Shown here piece by piece: positions 37,076 to 47,800 of a stretch of 64,000 nucleotides of DNA; within the stretch, counting starts at the first letter, position 1; every line of letters starts with the position of its first letter. The position numbers were made by a program, and so were the translations under genes. This DNA comes from Monocercomonoides exilis PA203 (Eukaryota > Protista > Preaxostyla). The stretch is taken from the NCBI GenBank assembly GCA_001643675.2, contig LSRY02000064.1, positions 62,001 to 126,000 on the forward strand. Direction: 5' to 3'. The notes below the pieces were generated by a model that worked only from the letters and a program-made list of their open reading frames with translations, did not search any database and was not told the origin of the DNA.

Positions 37076-37339
37076 AATTGGGTGATTATTTTTGAGATCA
37101 TAACTTTTTCTTGTGTGTTTATTATGAAAATGTTTTTTGTTATGACAAAAAAATATTTATTGAAATGCCATGTGCATTATTAAAATTTAAAAAAAAACCA
37201 ATGTTTGAGACGGTTCATGATAAAATAATGTGACAATATTGAAATAACTCAGCAATGTTTATTTTTAAAAATTCAATGCAAATTGGCAAACCAAAATTAT
37301 TAACAGAAAATATTTGATTACAAAAATAATCACCCAATT
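37076..37339. mobile_element. MITE-like element, family C, copy 2
   Basis: Perfect TIR AATTGGGTGATTATTTTTG / CAAAAATAATCACCCAATT; left end shared with the 8627 copy. Confidence 0.85.
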
Positions 37340-37871
37340 GTTTCAACGCTTATCACTTTAAATATATTTGAATTTATAATTTTTTGTGCAAACTGAATTC
37401 TATCAGAGTGTCTGAAAAAAAGTATTATAAAATTTTTTATCATAATTTGGGGCAAAATATTTTTCTTCAGGCATTTTCATTGATAAATTATGCACTTTTC
37501 AATGACTTTTTAAGATCAAAAAACATAATAAAAATTGTTCTATTTTTTGACATTAGTGAAATGTCACAAAACATAATGTTATAACATCAACGATGCCTGT
37601 TTTCTTTTATAAAAATCAAAATTATTGCAAAATCTGATAATGTTAAATAAAGTTATGAATGAAGCAATTTTTTAATACCTTGTGCAAAAAAAGCTTAAAA
37701 GTCCGTATTTTCCCCCATTTTTGGAAATAAAAAGAAATTAATCATCGATTTATATTTTTTGTAACTAAAAACGAAGATGCTCTCCTTTATAGAAAAATAT
37801 TTTCCTGATTGTAATTGATGGAAATTACAGCAAAACGTGATAATTCAAGTGTTTTTGAAAAATAATAGAGA

Positions 37872-38368
37872 AATTATTTTTAAAATCATAATTTTTTTCG
37901 ATGGTGTTCATTTTTCAAAGGTTGTTTGTCACTGGAAAGAGATTTTGGATTCAAATAGAAAAATTATCACAACTGCTTTAAAACAAATGTTTCAGCATCA
38001 ATAAAGATGAAGATATCTTAAATAAAGCCTTTTCATTTTTCAGTGTTCATTTGTTGATATTAAAGTGATATTTTCGAACCGAAATTTTTGAATGGAAAAA
38101 TATGAAATGTCTATATTTTTTTAGAAAAGTTCTTTTTGTTTAATTTTCTAATAAGATAAAAATGTCATATTTCGATCACATTTCTGTTCCCACTCACCAA
38201 GTTTCACTGAAATGGAAAAACAAACATTATCAAGATTTTGTTTTCATGATCGTGAAATTTTGTCAATGAGAACAGAAAATTGATCAAAATATTAAATTTT
38301 AATTTTATTTGAAGATTTAACAAAAGGAACTTTACAAAAAAATTTTGACATATCAAAAAGAATCACCC
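37872..38368. mobile_element. Family C copy 3, interrupted by a family B insertion
   Basis: Collinear with 8627-8883 up to about 38106; resumes as TCAAAAAGAATCACCC (right TIR) at 38353. Confidence 0.7.
38107..38351. mobile_element. MITE-like element, family B, copy 2
   Basis: ATGTCTATATTTTTTTAGAAAAGTTCTTTTTGTTTAA / TTTAACAAAAGGAACTTTACAAAAAAATTTTGACAT; same length and ends as the 7857 copy. Confidence 0.8.
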
Positions 38369-38422
38369 ACATTAGAATTGCATAAGTTTATTTTTCTTTT
38401 TCTTTCTTTCTTTCTTTCTTTC

Positions 38423-38653
38423 TTTGAAAAGTTCTTTTTGTTTTATTTCAAGTAGAAATTGAAAAATGATTATATTCATCAAATTTTTATGTCAACTCAC
38501 CAAATTTCACCAGCATTTTAATAATAACACTGTCAAGCATTCATTTCCATGCAGGTGAATTTCATTGTGCAAGAATAAAGTTTTATAATTATTTTCATTT
38601 TTCATTTTCACCGGAAAATAAAATAAAAAGAATGTTTTAATAAAATTTGGACA
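38423..38653. mobile_element. MITE-like element, family B, copy 3 (left tip abuts a (TTTC)n run)
   Basis: TTTGAAAAGTTCTTTTTGTTTTATTT..ACTCACCAAATTTCAC..AAAATAAAAAGAA..AAAATTTGGACA. Confidence 0.65.
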
Positions 38654-39335
38654 AAAGATGGAAAATATCGACTTTCAAGCTTTTTATTCACAAAGCAAGA
38701 AAAAATTGATTCACTCATAAAATTATCTATCATTCTCAGATTTCAAAATAAATTGGTTTTTCTTATCTGCAAAGAGCCATCACAGATGTTATTACAAAAA
38801 GTTTTGTGATATTCCGAGTATTTCAAAAAATGAGTACATTTTTTAATTAATTTTTTGATCACAAAAAACTTATCAAAAGTGCATAATTTTTCAATGATAA
38901 TGCCTGAAGTCAAATATTTTGCCCCAAATGAAGAAATGTTGCACAAAAATTTGTATTAAAGGTGAAGCAATAATATGTTTTATTGAAAAAAAAAAAAAAA
39001 AAAAAAAAAAACACGAAGTGACTGATAAATAAATAAGGCTTTAATGGCGACTCTGATGCCGAGGGATTTTTTTTGAAAATAGTTTGTTCGGTCGATAAAG
39101 ATAATATTTGGTAACATTTCGTCAAATGATGCATTTAATACAAAAACAAAAATTATTATTTCTTCTTTGAAACCTGATGTTTGACAAGCTTTTTATATGT
39201 TTATTCATTCTTTTGTTTTAAAGAAAAATTGAACGAAAATATTTGCAAATAAAAATTTTTTCATAAAAACAAGTTATTTTAGAAATATATTGTCATTATG
39301 GTTCACATTAACTTCGTATTATTTTATTTTTTGAA

Positions 39336-41517
39336 ATGTCAACAACTGAACCAGAAAAAGCGGTTCAAAAAGAAGTAGAAATTAAAAAAGAAGGGGAAGA
39401 AGAACAAGAGGCAGACGATTTTTCTGATTGCCTTCGGTACAACGTTGAGACTCAAACATATTCACTTATTCTTCGCTGGCGCCCTCTATCACAACTTGAA
39501 ATGATTGGACTCGCTGTTCAGCTCTCCAAAAAAGGATTGATAATTGACACACTTGATATTGGTCAAACCAACTTTGGTTTGCTTTTCTTTCTTACATTTT
39601 GCTTTTCATAACATTTTGTAATTAATCATTTACTTGAATAGACTCACGTGGAATTGTTGGTCTTTCAAACATTTTGCGCACAAATCAAGTTTTAGCAAAT
39701 CTTGACATGGGCCATAATGAACTTGGAGTTGTTGGTGCGCAAAGATTTGCTGAATGCCTGAAATCGAACACTTCATTGGAATATGTGAATCTCGAATGGA
39801 ACAAAATTGGGACAGATGGACTCATTGCCATTGTTAATGGATTGAAGTCAAATGCGAAAAGTTCATTGAAAATTCTTGATGTTCACTGCAACCAAATTGA
39901 AGCTCCTGGTGCAATTGTTTGATTAAGATAATTTTCATTTATTTCTTTGTTTTTGATGAACTTTGATAACTGAAATAAAATTTATTTTAATATTGCAGGC
40001 TCTTGCAGAATACCTATCAACGAATCCAGAATTAACAAATGCGAATATTCGATTTAATCCAATCGGCGATAGAGGCGGAAAAGCAATTGCAGAGGCTTTA
40101 GGCCACAACACCCACATCGAAGCCATCGATATGGCAAGATGTCAAATTGGAGATGAAACGATGGAAGCCCTACGGGATGCTTTCAAGTCGCTTGCTGCAA
40201 TGAAAGAAAATAGACGATTGGGAAGTTCATCGTCCGCTTCCGCCTCAGCTTCTGCTTCAGCTTCTGCTTCATCAACTGCACTTTCCTCAGCTTCTTCTGA
40301 TAAAAGCGAATTCCCTTCTGAACATCCGTTGGTTGCTATCATGTTGGAATCAAATGACATGACTCCGAAAGGATTGAAGGCGCTAGCAGTTGGGCTTATC
40401 GACGGAGCAGATTATGTGCGGCCAACGCAGATGTCACTTCACGCAGCCAAATTCATTGCAAAGATGGGGCCAGAGCCTTGCGTTGATGGCTTGAAGATGC
40501 TGGGAGTATATCTGTCAATGAAGAATTCGTCGCTTGTGACTCTTGACTTGGGAGGATGCAACATTGAAGATGCAGGAATTATTGCTCTTATGGGAGCATT
40601 GGAAGCGGCTCCCACATTGGAGAACCTTTACCTCGAAAAGTTTGCCATGAAATTAGAATATGCTCAGCAAATTTACTTTATTTTTCGAATGTTTGTACTT
40701 TGAATGACCATCTCTAATATTAAATAGGAACAAACTGACCAACATAAGTGCTGAAAATTTGCGTGATGCTTTAAAAACAAACAAAATGCTGAAAGAAATA
40801 GATCTCCACCAGAATCGCATAACTGACGAAGGTTTGTTTTGTGCTTTTATTCATTTTCAATTATATTTTTTTACGTCTACATATTTTTTTTCTCTCTTGC
40901 AGGAATCACAAAGCTCATTGTTCTTCTTTCTGAAAATGCTGTACTTAGACTTATTGATGTTAGAAGAAATCCTTTGTCGACTCGATTTAATCCACAAACT
41001 TGGCGCAATGAGAACTGTCCAAAGGCTCGAATGACAGCACTGCTATGGGAAGATAGGCTTGCCATTTTTTATTTGCTCTTTTCTTTGCTTGAATTATTTA
41101 TTATTAATACAAAATTCACTCATGAATATTCGCAACTTTATATTTAAAAATTTCAATCATTTTATTTTCAATTACTGAACAACTGTAATTAATTTCCTTT
41201 ATGATTGATTCAAATGTAACAGGCGAGAAGGCATTTCTTCAGAAGAAGTCGAAGAGTCCAGCAAGAGGACTATGTTCGATCCAACGCCAAGGAAGATTGC
41301 TGCTGCACGTGAATTACCTCCTCTGAAGCCTTCAATAAGCAAAGAAGCCTCCTCATCTTCATTGTCTTCTTCCCAACTCCCTCGCGCGACACCAAAGACA
41401 ACAACGCAAGAACCATTCAATCTCAGCACTTCCAACTTTGTTGCTCATGAGCCAGTTCCAAAGCCCAAGCCAAAGCCCGAGAAATTGACGCTTGATTGGG
41501 TTCCAACCTATAAATGA
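39336..41517 (+). CDS. Ribonuclease-inhibitor-like leucine-rich repeat protein (multi-exon)
   Basis: Repeats of about 28 aa such as LANLDMGHNELGVVGAQRFAECLKSNTSLEYVNLEWNKIGTDG, LDLGGCNIEDAG and LKEIDLHQNRITDEG. Confidence 0.88.
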
Positions 41518-41732
41518 GTATCCCTTAAAATCCTTTGGAGAAAATGAATTAAATTAACGCTTTTCGAATTCTTTTTATTTCCTTTAATTTGTTATTTGAT
41601 TTACAATTCTTTCGTTCAAAAATTTCATCTGTTGTTTTAATTGTTATTGTCAACTTATATTTGTTCAATTGCTTTCATTTTGAAATGAAATGATAATCAA
41701 CTTAATAATTGCTAAACGAAATATTACTTATT

Positions 41733-42228
41733 TCAAAAGTGAAATCCGGAGTAAATTACAATCCATGAAAGAAGAAACATTGCAAATTGATTGAAAAACC
41801 CTTTTTAAAAATAAATTGAATGAAAGATTCACTTTCTATATATAGAACAAACCTTCTGTTATCAGATTAGCAAATTCAAACAGTTGATCATCTTCAGGGT
41901 TTAAGTGAAAATAGAATCGAGAAAATCCAAGAATTAAAACAGATGAAACAATTAAATACCTGTTAGAAGAAAAAACGTTGCAAATTCAAAAATATAAACG
42001 TAACACTAAAAAAAGGTCATACAGAATTATTCCCATGAATCCTTCAATTGATGCGACTCCCCAGATAAAACCAAGTATTAATGCCACAACTTGTTTGAAC
42101 CAGTGACTAATAGTTTTCCACTCTTTAGTTGAAAGATTTGAATCTCTTGCTTTAAACTTACGAAGACATTGAGATTCTTCTTGATTAGATTGGGCGTTTC
42201 CAGCAGATGAGGTACTTGAATTTTTCAT
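41733..42228 (-). CDS. RAB5IF: RAB5IF/OPTI (C20orf24, Rab5ip/EMC6 family) small membrane protein
   Basis: HWFKQVVALILGFIWGVASIEGFMGIIL/YLIVSSVLILGFSRFYF..LITEG/FFNQFAMFLLSWIVIYSGFHF fits the family pattern W-F-R/K-Q..GxIWG..GFxG..TxEGF..FAxF..WI; two introns. Confidence 0.85.
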
Positions 42229-42286
42229 TGAAATTTGCTATGGTCAAGATCACAATAACCACAATGACGTAGTTTTGACGTAATCA
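42229..42286. promoter_or_regulatory. 58-bp bidirectional promoter with two TGACGTA motifs
   Basis: Head-to-head ATGs at 42228 (-) and 42287 (+); TGACGTA at 42265-42271 and 42276-42282. Confidence 0.55.
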
Positions 42287-44329
42287 ATGTTCAAACAGCT
42301 TGATTTTTATTCCAAGCACGTGGATGATGGTTTGCTTTTGATTCTTAAAAATTAATTTCTTTTTATTGTTCGAAACAAAATTAAAAAGATTCTCAACGGG
42401 TCAGAACTTCAACTGGAGCATTAAGTTTGAAATAATTTTCATTATAACAAACAATTTTAATCTATAACTTTTTCAATGTGATACAAAAATCATCTCAAAC
42501 AACTTCAAAAATATAAAGTCTCTGTAATTTCAATTATAACGTGCTTGACGCTTGTTATTGTTGAATTTACAAACTGGGTTAAAGGTGAAGTTAGAAATGA
42601 ACTTACAGTTGACACATCAACTGAAACAGAAATGACGGTATTCTTTGATATTGTGTTTCCAAGATTGGAGTGCAGATGTTTGTTTTTTATTTTTTAATGA
42701 GAATAAATATTAAAATTCAAATTTTAATGAAAAGTCCTTGCTGTTGATTTGACTGATCAAGGGGGAAAACATCTTCACAACATTTGGCAAAATATAGAAA
42801 AAACAGATTTAGAATTAGACGGAAGCGTGATGCAAAGTGGAGCATTGAAAGGTTGATTTTAGTTCAATTAGATTATAAATGACGCATTTTCTTTGACTAG
42901 AAAAATATTCCCTTAATGATATTATAAAGAACGAAAAAGATTTGAGTTCAGAGCAACAGAAAGCCTTGAAAAAATTAGAAAAATGCCTTCCATGTTTCGA
43001 AGCAACCTCTGTTTGATGCAAATATCGTCGTTTCTTAAAATAGTTTAATTATACAAATTTCAACTTTATCTATTTTGAATGATTTTCAGGAACAAGATGT
43101 TTGCTGCAATACATGTGGAGATCTCATTGCGGCTTTTCAAAAGACAAAGATGGATTTTATTCGTGTTCTTAGATACCCACAGTGCAAAAAGTTTGGTTGC
43201 TTAATTAAACAATTCACATACATTTTTATTGATTTTTATATCAACAAAATTTGACTTTGTTTTTATCTTATTTAAAGCCTTGACTGGTCCAATTTATTTG
43301 TTCATAAGGATCGCGGTGGATGCCGAGTTAAAGGTTCCATTAATGCTGGAAGGGTTTGTGAATAACATCTTTTCTTTCTTTCTTTCTTTTTTTTAATTCT
43401 TTTGAGGAAGGAGATTATTTATTTCTAACATTGTTTTCCATAATCGTTAATTTATAATTATTATTGATTTATTATTATTATTTTATTTATTGATTATCTT
43501 TTCATGAATATATTATAAATATGAATTCATATCTGACAAATGCTAACAGGTTGAAGGACGACTGTCTTTGTCTTTGATTCGACCTTTTCGGGTGAATGCG
43601 ACGGGGCCATCAGGACTCATTGACTTCCTCTCAGAGAACTTGAACATGACACACACAATCAACCACTTTTCGTTTGGGAAAGACCATCCAGCGCTGAAGC
43701 ATCCACTGAAAGGACACACAACATATCAGCGTATGCTTGTTGTTATTATTAAAATTAAATCAGAATGTATTCATATTTATTCATTGATTCCGAATAAATG
43801 AACATTTCACTTAAATGCTGATGGCTTGGTGATATTATTTAGCTTATCCTGGCTTCTTTAACTATATTGTGAAGATTGTTCCCACCACATACATTTCATC
43901 ACTGAGCAATGTTGACACTTATCAGTATTCAGTCACTCGCTATTCAAGACGCTTTTCAAACGACGAAACACATTCACCAGGTTCTTTTTTGCCATTATTC
44001 TAACATTCTATTTCAAAGATGCTTTTTTTTTTAAACATGTTTCATTATTTCTTAAAAATTCTATGTTTTTGTTCTTATACATCCTTTTATCATATATGTT
44101 TTTTATTATTTCTAACTTTTTGCTTCAAATGCCATCAGGTGTCTATATTTACTATGAATTCACACCACAGCGCATTATCCTGAGGCAATCGAGAGCGTCT
44201 TTCCTTCACTTCCTGGTGAGGCTGTGTGCTGTCGTTGGCGGTGTCTTCTCAGTCGCAGCTGCGCTGGACAACATCTTATACACCATCCACCTCACAACAC
44301 TATCTAAAACAGACCCTCTTCACATTTAG
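42287..44329 (+). CDS. ERGIC3: ER-Golgi intermediate compartment protein ERGIC3/Erv46 (many introns)
   Basis: MFKQLDFYSK.., DLTVDT..FFDIVFPRLEC, CCNTCGDL, GGCRVKG, NMTHTINHFSFG, YIVKIVPT.Y, YQYSVT, PGVYIYYEFTP..SFLHFLVRLCAVVGGVFSVAAALD. Confidence 0.9.
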
Positions 44330-44833
44330 TTGAGTCAAAGTTTTCTTCTGATCCTTCCTCATTTGGATTTTAGACAATCAAATCCTGTTCAAATGTCTTT
44401 GAATGGGCTTTAACACTTCACTGTATTTTTATTATTTATTTCTCCTTTTTTGTTATGCGGTAAATATTTGTCAAACTTTATTTTTTATTCAATGCAGAAT
44501 TTGTTTATTAAATCAAAGGATCCTGTAAGTTACAAAATTATAATCATACAAGAAATAGTGATTGCCGTTGCTAACTGTTGTTTGTTTTTTATTCGTTGCA
44601 TATCTCATTTGAAAGACAATTTCCATTGTATTTGATGGAATAACAAATTTCATTAACAGAAATGTGAATTGATTCCATCAATAAACTGGCTTTGAACTCA
44701 ACAAGAACGTTATCAACAATTGTTAAATAATACTGAAATGAATGATGGAAAAATAAACATATTTTTCAGTTTTTTTTTAACTTTGAAAAGAAAAAATATT
44801 GGTTATTAATGATCAAAAGAAGGGTGAGCTTTG

Positions 44834-47800
44834 ATGCTCTCCCCAAAGCACATTCATTTTATTTTTTTAACCACAGCCATTCATCTTTTTTGTTCATTTT
44901 TTAGCTACGTTAGAGCAGAAGATGACCAGATTTTTTATGCTTATTTGAACATAATTACTGGATCAGATGAAAACAGTTGCGATTCGCCTGAAAATGCTTG
45001 CAGGTCACTGGCACACGTTATGAGCTTGAACCATAAATATGTGGATGCATATTTCGTTGAGTCGCATATTTTTTATGAATCAAAAGTGGAAGTTAACGAA
45101 TGTTTTTTAAACATATCGTCTTCAACGGACCTATGGGCTATTATCGTTCTTGGTTACACTGAGTCATATTCAACTATTTGCGTTTCAACAGGGACTCTTC
45201 AAATTCGTAATATTCAGCTTAGACTTCCAACACACTCCCAGGAAGTTTTACCTGTTCTTTATCTTAATGATACTGGAAGTATTGCTTTATCTAACTGCAA
45301 GGCTCTAACTTCGGATGAACTATCATTTGAAAAGAGTTTTATTTTTGCAAAGGCTGGAACTATTTCTTTGGAAAAATGTGATTTGGTTTTCCCTGGATAT
45401 ACAACAACTGTTCCTTTTATTAATTTACTTCCTTCTGTTTCATTTACAGCTAAATCTACAAATTTTGCAAAAATAATATGCGTTGATAAGTCGTCTGTTA
45501 TTTCTTCAGAATCTTGGTCCCTTTTCTACATGAATGATACTCACTTTATTGATTGTTCTGGCTCGAGTGAAGCAAAAACGATCAGGCTCACATACAATAT
45601 TCCATCACCTACGAAAGATTATTGTATGAGGGAACATAAAGGAACGATTAACGAAGAAATAAAAGATACAGAAAAATATACACTGTGCATTGAATACTCC
45701 ACGTTTAATATTACTTCAAGTGCAGATTCACCTCTTAGCTACCTTTCACTTTCTGTGAATTTTAATGAGCTGCAAACAAAAAGCCAATCTCAAAACGAAG
45801 AAAAAATGCGAAAATTTGACAATTTTCGCAACGACGAAAGCAGATTTACTGCTTTATTTTCTGATCTGACGTTTGAGGATTATTCAGAAAGAACAATACC
45901 TTCAATATTTGAACTGAAATTTTCTCAGCTAATTGATCCTTCTTCTTCTTCCTCTTCATCCCCTTCCTCTTCTAATTCAGGAGAGTCTCATTCAGTCACT
46001 CTTCTGAACAACGTGTTCAAAGGAGTGCTTGTCTCCTCCAAATCTCCAATCTATGTGGAAGTTGAACCAACTGTTCCATCATCATCATCTTCTTCTTCTC
46101 TCTCACTCATTTCTTCTTCTTCTTCTTCTTCTTACTCACTTCCTTCTTCTTCTCCTTCTCTCCTCTCTGACTCTTCATCTCCATTTCTTGAGCTTCGCAT
46201 CCTCTCCTCCTCGTTCATCGACTGTGCCACGACCAATGCACAATACGGGGGAGTTGTCACTTTGTCTTCGACTTCGAATGCTTGTGGGCTAACCTCATTC
46301 ATCATGAACACCACTAACTGCACACGATGTGGAGCAACCTATCAGAATATAGTGGAAGGCAACCCTTCTGTGGCATTACATTCGAGGAAGAGTTCTGATT
46401 GTTCTTCTTGTTCTTCTTCTGCTTCTTCTTCTTCTTCATCTTCTTCCTCTTCCTTCTCTCTCTCGTCCTATTCAAGTGATGGCGGAGTGATCTGCTGTGT
46501 TGGGTGCATCGATGTGAATGTTCTGTATTGTCAGTTCAATTTGTGTGGGGCAGAAGAAAAAGGAGGTTGCATTGCTGTTGTCCCTGCTGCTGAACTGTCA
46601 TCATATTCTTCTTCATCTTCTTCTTTGTTTTCTTCTTCTTCTCATTCTTCTTATTCCTCCTCCTCTTCATCTGTTTCTTCTTCTTCCTCTTCTTCTTCCT
46701 CTTCCTCCTCCTTCTCTCTCTCTTCCTCCTTCTCTTCCTCTCCAATGCATCTCTCACACTCATCCATCTGCACATGCTCTGTTCGCATTGACCATTCCTC
46801 CTTCTCTCAGAACTCGCTATCTTCTACACACTCTTCAAAGGGAGGTGCTTTGTTCATAGCACTTTCATCATCATCATCAACTGCTTCTTCTTCTTCTTCT
46901 TTACGTTCTTCTTCTTCCCCTTCTTCTTCTTCTTCTTCTATTCTTCCTTCTTCTCCAACTGATTTCTGCTTTTCTGGCTTGTCTTTCTCACAAAACACAG
47001 CCGAAATCGGGAAAAATGTTTTTGTTTTGTGTGGAACAGGGCAAAAACGAGCGAATTTCATTGACTTGGCACATTTCTCGTTCTGCTTCTGTGAAGGAGA
47101 AGAAGCACTGAAGAACTGTTATTGTGTTGGCGATGAAGAGAAGAGAGAGGGAGAAGATATTCTGATGCTGCTGAGGTACGAGGGAAATGTGGTGTATGTT
47201 GGGCAGAGCGAGAAGAAAGGGACTTGCTCAGAAATAACAGTGAAGACAGTGACGTGGATTGCGAGAACGAGAAAGAGGAAAGAAGAGAGAAACTATGATT
47301 CTTCTATTTATTCTTCTATTTATTCTTCTTCTTCTTCTTCTTCTTCTTCTTCTTTATCTTCTTCTTCATTTTCAGAGTTTTCCTCATCCAACAACAATCA
47401 TCCTAACTCAACCTCACTGAACACAGAAATAAATAATCAATCACAAAACACAGAGACACGCACTGTTTATTCCTGCCACGAAAACTACTTCCTCTGCGGC
47501 AGACAATACGACCCTTGTGAAACACTCACCGAAGCCATCAGCCATTTGCCTTCTCCTTCTTCTTCTTCTTCTTCTTTCTCCGAATCAGCGATGTTTCATA
47601 CTTCCTATTTAGGAACTCCTGCTCCAGTGACTTTGCTTGTTGAAGCGACGTTGTCTGTTTCTGAGCATCTTTTGTGTTTGCCTTCGATTTACTCGTCGTT
47701 CACTCTCGGCGCTGCTGACAGCACTGGCAATGCTGAAGTGGTGCTCGTGGAGAAATCAGAGGATAAACAGGAAGTTTCTTTGGATAATAAAATTTCTTCT

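Larger units (their letters stand above)
37445..38929. repeat. Inverted pair of about 180-bp arms (37445-37620 and 38750-38929) enclosing nested MITEs
   Basis: ATTTGGGGCAAAATATTTTTCTTCAGGCATTTTCATTGATAAATTATGCACTTTT closely matches the reverse complement of AAAAGTGCATAATTTTTCAATGATAATGCCTGAAGTCAAATATTTTGCCCCAAAT; similarity continues to TCACAAAAC..TAACATC. Confidence 0.8.
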
